Source of the DNA: Flaccisagitta enflata
Taxonomy: Eukaryota
Length of the DNA: 64,000 nucleotides
Assembly: GCA_965153355.1 (NCBI GenBank)
Contig: OZ231126.1
Span: forward strand, 6,944,001 to 7,008,000
Reading direction: 5' to 3'
Shown: positions 1-13,155 of the stretch, piece after piece
How the letters are laid out: every line of letters starts with the position of its first letter
Position numbering within the stretch: the first letter of the stretch is position 1
Notes under the pieces: generated by a model
Told to the model about the DNA's origin: nothing
The model's input: the letters and a program-made list of their open reading frames with translations, nothing else
Database searches by the model: none
Program-made: the position numbers and the translations under genes

Positions 1-3000
1 CAACAACAACAATAACAACAATAACGCCAACAACAACAACAATCACTCGCCCGCCACTTACGTTTGCGATAGTGAGTTTTCTTTTTATATGCACTTTTTT
101 TCTCTTGTTTGTTGTGGATGAACTTAGCACTGCACATAAAATGAAATATAGAACCAAAAGTACTCAAGATTGTGATTCTTCAATTTTTTGCACTTTTCGA
201 GTGTCGTTTTGTTCTTCCATTTTGCTTTGCACAGTGAACGGAACCAAAGGATGAACGCTTGCGGCGCCGGCCATCAATAAAAGTCCGAAATACCAGCACA
301 CAAACAGAAAAAAAAAAACAAAAGATTCTTTTTTTTTTCAATCTTTTTCATTGAGATGTTTTTATACTTTCCTTTCTTCGTGGCTGTATGTGCATCATTG
401 ACTTCCACCATTGTCAAATTTGTGGTTTTATGGTTTAGCCCCATCTATCGTCGTTTTCTTTCCAAATCAACGAGGTTGTACACCTTTTGTTTTACAAGGT
501 GAGTGGTCGATGGTCGGCAAAGACATAACATTCCACATAACTAAAGGTTTTTGAAAATTGTATTCTTGCTTGTCAAAATATTTGCTCCATTTGCACATTC
601 AAATTTTTTCGGTTGCAATTTTGTTTCATTGCACATAGATCTGTTTCGTCGCTCTGTTTCAAGGTGCGCCAAAGCACCTCTATAACAGGCTGTGTCCGTT
701 GGTCGGTCTGTCCGTCTGTCTATCGGACGACGCATTCGTTCGACGATCCACACAGCGTACCTAATCGGCTTACTTTTCCTTGTTCTTGATTGATTTGTTT
801 CATTGCTCTTTTGTCGCTTTTATCGGCATTTTGCGCTGATTTATCTCTTTTTAAGTGCGTCCTCGCACTTCTATATGAGGTCATGTCCGTCGGTCGGTTG
901 GTTGGTCGGTCGGTCGGTCGGTTGGTCGGTCGGTCACGCAAACGTTTGAAATGCGCAAAACGGCTGATTCTGACATATTTCTTCAATCCTATCACCTTTC
1001 ATGCCTCACCACATTCATATTCATTCATTCAATCATTCATTCATTCAATCATTCATTCATTCATATATTCATTCATTCATCAAAAACGTTCAATCACAAA
1101 ATCTTAATCAAGCGAGGCGCACTTATTGGCCTTCACTTGGCCTTGTTCTTTTCTTTTCTTTTTTACAACTCAGAAGTTGGTTCGATTTTCGCGCCTTCGC
1201 CAGAATCTTCTCATGTAACAGAATATTTGGACCTCGACGAACTCATTCAAAGGCAAGCAGAGGAGGAAGAGGAGAAAGAGGAGCAACAGGAGCAACAGGA
1301 TGAGGAGGAGAATGCTGAAGACGAGGTAGATGGCGTCTTAGAGGAACAAGTTGTTCAGATTGTGAATATGATTGAGGAGGAACAAGAATGGAAAGAAGAA
1401 ATTAGGGGTGAGGAGCAGATGATGGAGGAGGAGAGAGAAGAAGAAGAAGAAGAAGAAGAAGAAGAAGAAGAAGAAGAAGAAGAAGAAGAAGAAGAAAAAG
1501 GAGAAGAAGAAGATGAAGCAGCTATGATGGCAAGGACTGAGTTGGATGCAACTAGAGTCGAGTTAGATACTGGTATTGCTGCTGACGTGGAAGAGGAAGG
1601 CGAAGAGGAAGAGCAAGATGCGATTGTAGTTCCTGGAACGCCTCGTCGGCGACGTCGACGGCGCGAGGCCAACGACGTCTGTTATCAATCAATCATGTGG
1701 AGCGCCTGCGGATCTGCGATCGGGAATAGGACGCGGGGCGGTGAAGTAATTGGCGGGGGTAGTGGAGGAAGAGGAGGAAAAAGTGGCGGTAGTGGTGAAG
1801 GAAGAGGAGGTGGAAGTGGCAGTGGTGGAAGAGGAGGAGGAGAGAGTGGCGGCAGAAGAGGCATCAAACACGCGCGGACCTCCGCATCCACCACTCAAAG
1901 TCGCGAAAAAAGCAACGAAGAATGTGGTTTTAGTGGTGGTGGTGCTAGTGGTGATAAAGGAGGACGTGAGGGTGTTAGAGTAGGCGGTGGTGGTGGTGGT
2001 GGTGGGAGAGGCGCGCGTAAAGGCAGTGGCGTTTGTAGAGAAAGTAACCGTAAACGAAGCTCCAGTGGTGGAAAGAAAAGCGGCGGCAGTGGGGGCAGTG
2101 GGTGTGGCAGTGGTGGTAAGAAAAGTGGTGGCAGCGGCGGCGGTGGCGGCGGTGGTGGTGACGTTGTGACGCCTTTTCCATCAGGTACATTACCTTCCAC
2201 CGCCAGTGACACGAAACTCTACCACTGTAGTTGTGTGCATTGCACATCCATGAAACTCAAATTTCTTCGCATTTTGTCCAGCAGTCCCGGCTTAAAACTA
2301 CCATTATTCGTCGTTTATGTAGGATTTTATTCGCTGCCCCTGTCCAACCTGGAGCGTCTATGTAATGAATAACAACATATTAGTTAACGCCTAGTACTGA
2401 TAATAAATGCTTTTAATTTTCCTCTTTTTTTTTTTTACAGCGATGAACCGATTAAAACGAATGCTTCGTAGTCAAGGCCGTCGGCATCCTCTTCTTGATC
2501 CTAAAGATAATGGCAACATGAAAGTCATTGCCACTTTTCCTCCACCGGATGTTGGGGGAGGAGGAGGAAGAGGAGGAGGAGGTGATGAAGATGACAAGAT
2601 CTTGAAATACTCTGACGGCAGGTAATTTCGAGGCCAGCGTGTAAATTTGATGTTGGCCTTTCAACATCTTTTAGAGTAGGGTAGAGTAGATGTGAAAACG
2701 CAATTTTGGTCGATACTAGATCAGTAGAAGGGTGCAAATAAATCAGTCGAATGTAAATTACTTATGAGGTTCTCCCTAAGTAAAAAAGTCAGTAAAGTCT
2801 CTTCAATAATAAAATAAATTCCTACTTTCCATCTTAGGTGTAACACTGGCGCCAACTCTCAATCACCGACGCCCGCTTTAAAGCCTCTCTTGGCGCCGCT
2901 TCTTACGCCAAGAACCTCTCCTCAACGTCATCTCGAATGGTCTGTCAAGGGCACTTCTCCTCTTTCTCCTCCTCAACGTCATCTCGAATGGTCCGTCGAG

Positions 3001-3550
3001 GGCACTTCACCTCTTTCTCCTCCTCAACGTCATCTCGAATGGTCGGCCGAAGGTCCCTCTCCTCCTTTATCTCCTCCTTTATCTCCTCCACCTCCTCCTG
3101 CTCCCGCTCATCATGCGCATCAGTTGCTTCGTTCGCGATCATTTCGTACGGCGCTGCTTCCTTCATCGTCGTCCAAGTTGACGGGGCACTCCGGCGCAGT
3201 TCCCTCTCCTCCTCCTCCTCCTGTTCCTCCTCTTCCTCCTCTCCCTCTCCTTGCTAATTCTCCCTTCACGCCTTTGCCCTTTGACGCGACTCCTTCCAAT
3301 TCTGACATGCCCTCGGTCATGTCAACTTCCCTAATCGTCAGCGGCAGTGGAAGCGGGGGAGGAGGAGAGAGAAGAGGACGAGAAGAAGGAAGAGGACGAG
3401 AAGAAGGAAGAGGACGAGAAGGAGGAGGATATGATAATTTGGACGATTTGATGACATCTCCCTCCAATGTACGACATCAAAAAATCGCGGCTTACTTTGA
3501 AAATCGCCCGCTTCATCCCGCTGTTCATTTGCTGGATACGCAAACAAAGC

Positions 3551-3639
<89 letters not shown>

Positions 3640-4479
3640 AAGCAACAACAACAACCGTTGATACCCCACCGGCACAAACAGACTTCTCTTCGCTTGCAGC
3701 GTTCTCCCCCTTTTCTAGCGCCTTTTGTTGGTTCTGACGCAGCTGCTCCTGCCGCGACTCCTAACTCCCTCTCGTGGCAAATTCCGCAACATAATTCGTC
3801 CGTTGACTCTACGGGGCCAAATCACCTGCAACAAAGTTCCCCTCTCGCTTCAATTTCATCTCCCATGAACAAGACACCTCAGTCATACCTAAACGACCTA
3901 GACAAGTCAATTCAAGACAACACTCTTAACCGTGACAACAACAACCAAGTTACTGCTACGTTCGATTCTTCGTCGAAATTCATAACAGATACCTTGACAT
4001 CGACAGCCGCTGGACCGTCACAGATGACAGCAACTTCAACGACATCTGTACAGATGACACCATTTGGGAATTCGTCTGCATCGCCGACGTTTCCCGTGAC
4101 GTCATCGTCTGCTTTGATGACGTCATCGATGACGTCAGCGGTCGTCATTCCGGGGGTTAATTTGTACCCCAGCCCACCGTCTTTAAGCTCAGCGCGTCTG
4201 GGCACGTTACAAGCCGGCGGTTGCTCCTCTTCCTCTTCCTCCTCTCCCGGGCCCATGAACAAAGAGTCGGCGGTGGTTATCTTGCCTCGCCGTAGCCCGA
4301 GTGGAGTGACCCGCCCCAGTCCGAGTGGAGTGACCCGCCCCGGCCCAATTGGAGTGTCACGCCCCGGGCGTGACGGGACACGAAATAGGCAGGGGCATCA
4401 GGGCAGGATCAACGGATCGTTTTCCGATTCGGAATCCTTGTATTACGTCAGAAAGTCAGATATGACGTATAATTTGTGA
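1..4479 (+). CDS. 3' part of a spliced gene for a low-complexity, probably disordered protein (Asn-, Glu-, Gly-, Pro/Ser- and Gln-rich); inferred exons <1-71, 1174-2184, 2441-2621, 2838-4479
   Basis: GT-AG junctions (a|gtgagt at 71/72, tcag| at 1173, g|gtacat at 2184, tacag| at 2440, ag|gtaatt at 2621, ttag| at 2837) join the ORF-track frames of 951-2372, 2407-2625 and 2890-4479 with consistent phases 1, 1, 2. No recognisable domain. Confidence 0.6.
849..1147 (+). mobile_element. DINE-1/Helentron-associated-type short element (near-identical copy at 20119-20374)
   Basis: T-run, 5' hairpin AGTGCGTCCTCGCACT, (GGTC)n, (ATTC)n, subterminal CGCACT, 3' hairpin GGCC...GGCC, CTTGTT end. Confidence 0.8.
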
Positions 4480-4554
4480 CTCAAATTGATATTCAATTGA
4501 TTTTACGGGAAGAGATACAAAAAATATCCAATGACGATAACAGCATAACGACGA

Positions 4555-4691
<137 letters not shown>

Positions 4692-6835
4692 CTGTTGCGA
4701 TGATGATTGTACCAATTTTGGTAATTTTTTTTTCGTTTGGGTCTTTGTGATGTATCATTTTAATCTTTTTTTGATGTGCGATTTTCCTCACTTTTCTCTT
4801 TTTTGCATTCCTCTCTTATTTTATAGAATTTGTCATCCTCTTCAGTCCTGAGTGTGTGTGAGTGAAGAATAATAACTTTGGGGATTTAATTCTTAATATT
4901 GATTAATTGATTCTTAAGGATTTATTACGGTAGATTTGTAATACAGTCAGTTAATGAAATCTGAGACTATTTCGTATTTTCTTTTTCTTTGAATTGTTCT
5001 TTCTTATACTCTACTTACATGAAATCCGTCAAAAATTCTCACTTTTCATGTCATTCTGATACTTTTTTTTCAAATTCCCAATAATTTCAAAAATTTGCAA
5101 TCAGACCATGACAAAATTTAGAATCAGATTTGTTTAGAATTGGAGCTGTTCTGTGCTAATTTCTTTATCGGTTCCCACCTAGAATCCAATTCCAACCTTT
5201 TTTTTTTTTTTTTGCGTAGTTCCAATTCATTGAAAACTAAAGAAATGAAATTCAGAGATTCATGTGTACCAAAAACTACTCTCTTTATAAAGTACTACAA
5301 ACAAAAATAAATCAAATCATCCTGAGTGTGCCATATTTGTCCTAATCATCTTTTTTTGTACTCCACCAGAAATACATGCAGTTTGTAGCTATTAAAACAC
5401 TCCGTGATATCTATTAAAGTGATTCGATTAAAAGGAAGGGATATATCCTCGATCGTCTAGCATAGTTAGTTTAGCGTTAGAATCTTTTATTTAAACTGAG
5501 AAAATCATAACATAGTTTCATTCTTCAGTTCTTTGGTGTTGGCGACTTCCACCATCGTGCGGACCAGCTGAGTTCCTTTGTGTAGTAGACAAGACTGCAG
5601 CATTTTTAGTCGCGTGCACGCGACTACATGACCCACTCTGTCCGTCTGTCTGCCGGTCGGTCGGTCGATTGGTCCTTCGGTCACGCTTAGCTTTTCTTCG
5701 TCTTTTTACGTCGTTTTAAGTCATTTTATGTCCTTTTTTATAGTTATTTCATGACAATTTACACTTAATCTTAAGATCTTTTAGTCTTTTAGTCTGTTAG
5801 TCTTTTGGTCTTTACAACCGCACGCGACTGTAAGGTGTTGGCCTTGTTTTCTACTAATCCTTTAGTTATGTTGAAAGCTTTTGCATGATATCACGATAGA
5901 CCCGCTGCCCAACAACGATCCTTCGTACTCAAGATATTGATAGGCTACCAGCAACCAGCATGTCCTAGAGAGTGCCAGCATATCTAAACAGAGTGCCTAA
6001 AAAGCCAAAAATGAACTTCCCCGCAAGAATAGTTTTCCCTTTCAAGAATGCTTTTGATCGAGCCATTACGCGACTTTCAAATCAATCGGGAACCATCGTT
6101 AGGGTGACTTCGAATTTTCCATTGATATATATGACAGAGAGATAATTTGCATAATGAAAATATTGACTGCAATGATAATTCAATGCAAGCTTTAACCTCA
6201 AAGAGGGTTCCTTATTGAGGAATGAGAGTTCTGCAATGGCTCATTTGAAGGGATTTTTAGGTGCGACAAAGCACCTCTGTAACTGACTGTGTCCGTCGGT
6301 CGGTCGGTTGGTCTGTCGGTAACGCATTCGTTCGACGATCCACACTTGGCACCTAATTGGCCTACTTGGCCTTGTTGCAAAGGAAAAACACCTTTGCGGG
6401 GGGGGGGGGGGAGGAGTTCCATGTTGGCGGTTTCAGGCAACTTAGCAATTTGCCAGTGGCAAACGTACTGATCATGATAATTAGACCTCATGAGCAGAAT
6501 TTTTCATTCTCAGTAAATAAACGATATACTTGCGAAGATAAATGAATGTTGTCAAATAGCTAGCTCACAAAATGCCATAATACTAGATCACTGCCACTAG
6601 ATCGATCGTAAACATCTCCTAAAAAGAATTTTTGAGCAAAAGCGTGCGATCGTATTAATCAAATTAAGTGAAACGTTTATCTTGAAAAAAAAATCTGTAG
6701 TGGCTGAAAATTTGCAATTTCTGCAACTCACAATTTGAGTTGTACTATAAGACTCGCATGTTTCTGTAGTTTGTAGTTTCATGTTGATAATTTGCGCAAA
6801 TCAGGTCAGGTCAGGTTAGGTGGCAAAAAGTGAAA

Positions 6836-7039
6836 TTTTTAGTCGCGTGCTACGCGACTCTACACCCCGCTATGTCGGCCCGTCGGTTGGTCGTTTGTTT
6901 GGTCGGTCCCCTTTTTACTTTTTTGGCGTTTTCGAGCTTTTTGATCCTACTGCTCCTGCCCAAATGCTCTGGTGACATTCTTCGGCACTGCTCCTCCCCA
7001 CCCGCACGCGACTGGGGTAGATGTGTATCCGGCCTTGTT
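6836..7039 (+). mobile_element. DINE-1/Helentron-associated-type element, representative of the major subfamily
   Basis: TTTTTAGTCGCGTGCTACGCGACTCTA...(GGTC-type repeat)...CGCACGCGACT...GTGTATCCGGCCTTGTT. Related copies near 5603, 7815, 10414(-), 11602(-), 13973, 14709(-), 17761(-), 40470(-), 49920(-), 61341(-) and 62278(-). Confidence 0.8.
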
Positions 7040-8651
7040 CATCTCACTACCATTTGCATTCAGAGCGAGCAAAATTTTGACAAGAGCAGGCAGAGGCTTG
7101 TAGATATTCCGCTGGCTATATCACTTTTTTTTCACATCGATTTTAAAAAGACTTTATTGTGGATTTATAGCATTTAATCAATGTCAAACAATAAAGAAAA
7201 TATCCAAAATTGACCATAAGTCAGAAAAATGGTACGTTTCAAAGTTTTTGTGTTAATTAAACTAGCAAATGTACAAAATAGGTCTTAACCCAAAGATGAT
7301 GGGAAAAAATCAACAATGATTAAGAATTACTCAGTTGTGCATTTATGTATGCCGAGTCACAAATTCTGATCCGAGTGAAACTGTGGAAGAAATATTTCAT
7401 TGTGACTAGATTGAATTGAACTATATGCAAACCAGCGCGGATATCTAGAATACCTAGAGTAAAGATCCTCAAAAAATAATCAACAATGAGCAAGTAGCAT
7501 TTTAATAATGGACTTTGTAAATTTGACAGCAAAGGTATAAACATGTCCTCACGAAAGACCCCTCAGAAATACCAAAACAAACATTTAGTATGAACAAAGA
7601 TTCATAAACCATCATTCAACAACATAATTATCTAAATTCATTCCGTAGGTCATAAAATGATTATGCTTCCTGATCAGTGATTATTCTTTTTTCTTTTTGG
7701 TCCATTGACAGGTGTTTACTTTCATTAAAATATAAATATCCTCACAAAGAATCATGTCCATTTAACCTATCAATAATAGGCTATCATCAACAAATAGTAT
7801 ACGTTCTGGGCGGATTTTTAGTCGCGTGCACGCAACTCTACAACCCGCTTTGTCGGTCCGTCCGTCGGTCCGTCCGTCCGTCCGTCCGTCGGTCCGTCCG
7901 TCACACTTTACTTTTTTGTACTATAATGTCAACTCTTAGGTCATTTTAAGTCATTTTAAGTCATTTAAAGTTATTCTAAGTCATTTTGAGTCATTCTAAG
8001 TCATTTCAAGTCATTTTAAGTCATTTTAAGTTATCTTAAGTCATTTTTGGTCATAAGGTTTTTTAGTCATTTTAAGTCAATTTTGGTCATTTTAGGTCAT
8101 TCTAAGTCATTGAAAGTCATTCTAAGTCATTCTAAGTCATTCTTTGTCTGTAAGTCTCGCACGCTACTTATAGGTGTTGGCCTTGTTATTTGCGGACTCG
8201 CAACTCTTAAAGAGGATTTGTCCATCCGTCCGTTTATCCAACCGTTGGCCCGTCCGTCCGTCCGTCCGTCCATCCATCCGTCAAAAGGTCCGTAACACAT
8301 GAGTCGAAAAGTGGATGCCCCTGCGGGCCTGCCCACTCGTCCGCAATGATATTGTGACCCCGCGTCACTTGTTTTTTTTTTAAATTATACCACGCAAGAG
8401 AGAAGCATAGATTTGAAGACGAACGTCATTTTTAAAATCTTGATATGTTTACATCTCGTTAAGAAAATGAAACTAAGACCTCAAAATGAAACATGAAAGT
8501 GAATGTGAGATCGTTAAATGATTTCTTTGAATGAGACTTCAAAGTCAAAATGAAAATGGAAGTGATTGACAAGGAATGACATCGAACGGGAAAAAGGCGA
8601 AATCGCGAAAACAAAAAAGCCGATAGTTCTTCATGTTAAATCAATCCGTAG

Positions 8652-8836
<185 letters not shown>

Positions 8837-9027
8837 ACTTGGGATTTTGTGATTTTACACGTTTGCGTGACTGACTGACCGACATAGCTTACGTATGTGC
8901 GAGAGGTTTCAGAAATACATCACAGTTGTAGATTTTAGAAAAAAATGAACACAACCAGAAAAACTTTAATATGGACTCACAAGAACAGATTCAAAACCAC
9001 CAAAGCGCACACACACAAACACAGACA

Positions 9028-9078
<51 letters not shown>

Positions 9079-9176
9079 AAAAAACAAACAAACAAACAAA
9101 CAAACAACTATGCAAAACATAAAAGAAATCAAAATAATTCCTTTGCAAATTATTCTAAACATACATATATTTTATA

Positions 9177-12100
9177 CTATGACGGCCCCATTTTATCCTT
9201 TATCCAATCGGCGAAATAGGCCACTTTGGCGTATACTCCCGGTTTCCCTTTGTCCGCGCATCCATAACCCCAACTCACAACTCCGACGATCGTGGCCGAG
9301 CCCGACCTATCCCCCTCGGAAAACTGGACCAAAGGCCCCCCCGAATCACCCTGACAACTGTCTTTACCACCCTCCATGTATCCCGCGCAGACCATGTTGT
9401 CGGGGATCTTGAACACGCAGTCTCTCGTCCCGATCATCTTCAGATTGACGACTTGCAGTTGCTTCGGGTACTTGTTGTATTTGGAGTTGAGATTGCTGAC
9501 GCCGAATCCGCTGACGACGACAGTCTTGTCCTTTTCGTAGACGAAGGATTTCGACGGCAAGCAGGCTGGCTGCACGAAGGAGTTGAACTGAAATGGCTCG
9601 TCGACAGTCAGGATGGCGACGTCGTTCTCGAAAGCCTTTTGAGATCCGCATCCTTTATATCGCCCGCAGTAATTTTCGTGGACCACGAAGCTTTTGATTT
9701 TACGCATCTGTCGGGCAGGATTGTTTGAATGAGAGAAGTAAACTTACATATTGCATGATTTGCATTCCATATGGGTGGTTAGTGATGCTGTGATGAGGGG
9801 AGATGTTTTTTTAGTAGTATGGTGTGATGTGATGTGGTGAAGGGATTCGGTAGTGTGGTATGGAGTGGTGAGATGTGATGTGAGATATTGAGGTGTTTTT
9901 TGGTAGTATGGAGTGATATTGTGGAGGGATTAGATAGTGTGGTATGGAGTGGTGAGATGTGATGTGAGATATGAAGGTGTTTTGTGGTAGTTTGGAGTGG
10001 TTGTGGGGGGGGGTTACGTAGTGTGTTTTGGTTAAATCAGATGCGGTCATGTGGAAAGAAATTGTGGAATGGTGTCATGTGGTTAACATAGTTCATCAAT
10101 GTGGGGATGGGGGACAAAAAGTAGGGCTTGGTGGAATGGAAGTTTCTTATCATGCAGAAAGGTATTGTAAACTTTTAACAATTGTCATAACTCGTTGCGT
10201 TACTGGTAAAAAACTTGCTCAGGTTTTTTGTTTTTTGTTTTTTGTTTTTTGTTTTTTGTTTTTTGTTTTTTGTTTTTTGTTTTTTGTTTTTTGTTTTTTG
10301 TTTTTTGTTTTTTGCTTTCTGTTTTTTGTTTTATGTTTTTTGTTTTTTTGTTTTTTTGTTTTTTTGTTGCTCAGTTAAGCTGTCTTTTATTCATCCAAGT
10401 AGATCCCTAAAATAACAAGGCCAACACCTATAAGTCGCGTGCGGGACACAAATAACTTAAGATGACTTAAATTGACTTTGAATGACTCAAGGTGACCTGA
10501 AATGACTTGAAATGACTTAAAATGACATTAATAACAATATTGACCTTATTGACTTAAATGACTTAATATGACTTAATACGACTTAATACGACTTAATATG
10601 ACTTAATATGACTTAATACAACTTAATATGACTTAATATGACTTAAATGAATTAGAATGACTTAAAATGACTTAAAATGACTTATAATGGCATGCGGGAA
10701 GGAGCTGTGAGCCCAAAAACCTAAAAAACTCCAAAAAAGTAAAAAGGGGGATCGACCGACCGACCGACCAACCAACCGACGTACCGACAGAGCGGGGTGT
10801 AGAGTCGCGTAGCACGCGACTAAAAATACCCTTTGTTTCTTGCTTGTCAGTAGACATTTTCTCCCAATTGTTTTTTGCTTGCCAGTAAAAATTTTCTCCC
10901 CACTGGTCCTGCACCTTATATTCTATAAACTCGATTGAGCAACCCCCGAGCTTGGGTTGCACTTGCAGGGGGTTTACTCGAGGTTGAACCCCGAGCAACC
11001 CCCGGGGTTTAATCTTACCCCTGTCCCAACTTTGTCTACTGCTTGTCCCGATCCTGTCTCTTACTTGTTTGCCGCATTCTTTTTTTGGCTTCCTGAGAGG
11101 GGCGTTGTTCCCAACTGCAATGTCTCTTTCTACGACGTCACTCCTTCTGGTGTTGCTGTCGGGCCAGCAGACGCAGTGAGCAGCAGTCAGGACATGAAGA
11201 TTGTCTATGATGGTACCGCCGCATGTCTTAAGGTCAACCTGATAGAATTAAGTGACACAAGAATGATAATTACAATTCGTGTCATGCACACTTGCACAGT
11301 GAGCGGCAGTCAGGATATGTAGATTGTCTAGGATGGTAACGCCGCATGTCTTAACGTCAACCTGATAGAATCAAATGACACAAAAATGATAATGACAATT
11401 GGTGTCATGAACAGTGAGCAGCAGTCAGGACATGAAGATTGTTCATGATGGTACCGCCGCATGTCTTGAGATCAACCTGAAAGAATTAAATGACACAAAA
11501 ATGATAATGACTATTGGTGACATGAACAGTGAGCAGTAGTCAGGACATGTAGATTGTCTATGATGGTACCGCCGCATTTCTTAAGGTCAACCTGATGAAA
11601 ATACAATGCCGGATACACGGCTACCAAAGTCGCGTGCCGGTGGGCAGGGGCTATATTTGAGGTCACTAGACTATTTGGGCAGGAGCAGTGGGGTCAAAAA
11701 AATAAAATCATAAAAAAAGTAAAATGTGACCGACCGACCAATCGACCAACCAACCGACGGACATAGCGGGTTGTAGAGTCGCGTGCACGCGACTAAAAAT
11801 GAAATAGCCTTACACAAATGTAAGAAAAACGATTGGTGCAGTGAGCCATAGACAGTAGATTGTCTACTTATGTTCCACTGCATATAGCAGGGTCACGCTA
11901 ATGACGAGATGGTATGGCACAATAAGTAAGTTGGTAAGCATGGGTCATGACAAACAGCAGCAGATAACCCCTGATGAGTGATGACACAGAACGATATGAG
12001 ACTTGACATCATGTGTATGACACAAAAAAGCGAGAATTACGAACAACAACAGCCTTGTCTACCATTATGATTAACCAAGGCAACAACAACAACAACAACA

Positions 12101-12217
12101 ACAACATAAAAAACAACAGCTATCACGACAACAAAAACAACAACAACAACCTTGTCTTTCATCATCTATCACATGAATTCACTTAATGCAGTAGACGACC
12201 GTTTTTTCATGTTCAAT

Positions 12218-12249
<32 letters not shown>

Positions 12250-12316
12250 AAACAACAACAACATTACCTTCACCTGCCATGGGAATTCTCCTACATCCGC
12301 CGACATTCCTCCAATG

Positions 12317-12406
<90 letters not shown>

Positions 12407-12731
12407 GCAACAACAACAACAACAACAACAATACTCTCACCTGCCATGGGAATTCTCCTACATCCGCCGACATTCCTCCAATGACTGCTCCTTTAACAGC
12501 CGGATTTTTCTGTCCGCATTGATTCGGAAACGGATTCTTTTCGACGAACGACTTCATGGATGCGCTTTCGCAGTTGACGGACCCTTGCCCGATCGTGAAG
12601 AACAGCGCTAAGGCGACGACGACGGCGACGACGATGACGACGACGGTGATGACGCAGACGCGTTTGGGCCCGCAGTAGGTCGTCGACGAAGGGCCGGTGG
12701 GCTTTTGAATGACTTGAGGATCCGCATCCAT
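9177..12731 (-). CDS. Trypsin-like (S1A) serine protease with N-terminal signal-anchor (type II membrane protease-like), about 331 aa; exons 12731-12441, 11238-11065, 9707-9177
   Basis: Hydrophobic segment VCVITVVVIVVAVVVALALFF, then VIGG...EFPWQ | VDLKTCGGTIIDNLHVLTAAHC (catalytic His) | ENDVAIL (Asp), KDSCQGDSGGPL (Ser; Asp in the S1 pocket), VVSWGYGC, PGVYAKV. Phase-0 GT-AG junctions at 12441, 11238/11065 and 9707. The middle exon is missing from the ORF track and was read directly. The start codon is uncertain. Confidence 0.9.
11172..11595 (-). repeat. Four tandem 115-123 bp units, each an intron 3' end plus the first 22 codons of protease exon 2
   Basis: cag|GTTGA... acceptors with exon-like starts at 11591, 11476, 11361 and 11238. 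Each encodes a VDxKxCGxTIxxNLHxLTxAHC variant; only the 11238 copy continues into the full exon. Confidence 0.9.
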
Positions 12732-13155
12732 CTCCACATCCCCGTCGACGCCGGAAGACAAGAAATCTTTTTTGAAGAAAAAAAAAGAAGACGAAGAAAG
12801 TTGTACCCTTTAGATATGCATCAACACATGCCTTGTCTGTCTGTCTGTTCATCCATGTGACCCTCAATCTATATATACGTCCATCCATCCGTTTGCCCCT
12901 CTGTCCACGCATCCATTCGTCGGCCAAGCTGTCCGTCTTTCTATCCATATGACCGTCGCGTCTGTTCGTTCGTTATGATTGGGTTGTACCCTCGAGGTAA
13001 CTGTTGTAAGAAAAGATGACTCGTGCAAGAAAAGTTGAATGCAGTAAGATAAATTGAGCAGTTGTACGATCACGACACTAAAGAAAAATCTTAAGATCTT
13101 TTGAGTTTTGAGTTTTCTTAAGAGCGATCAAGAGTAAAATCACCCTCTCTAGGTT

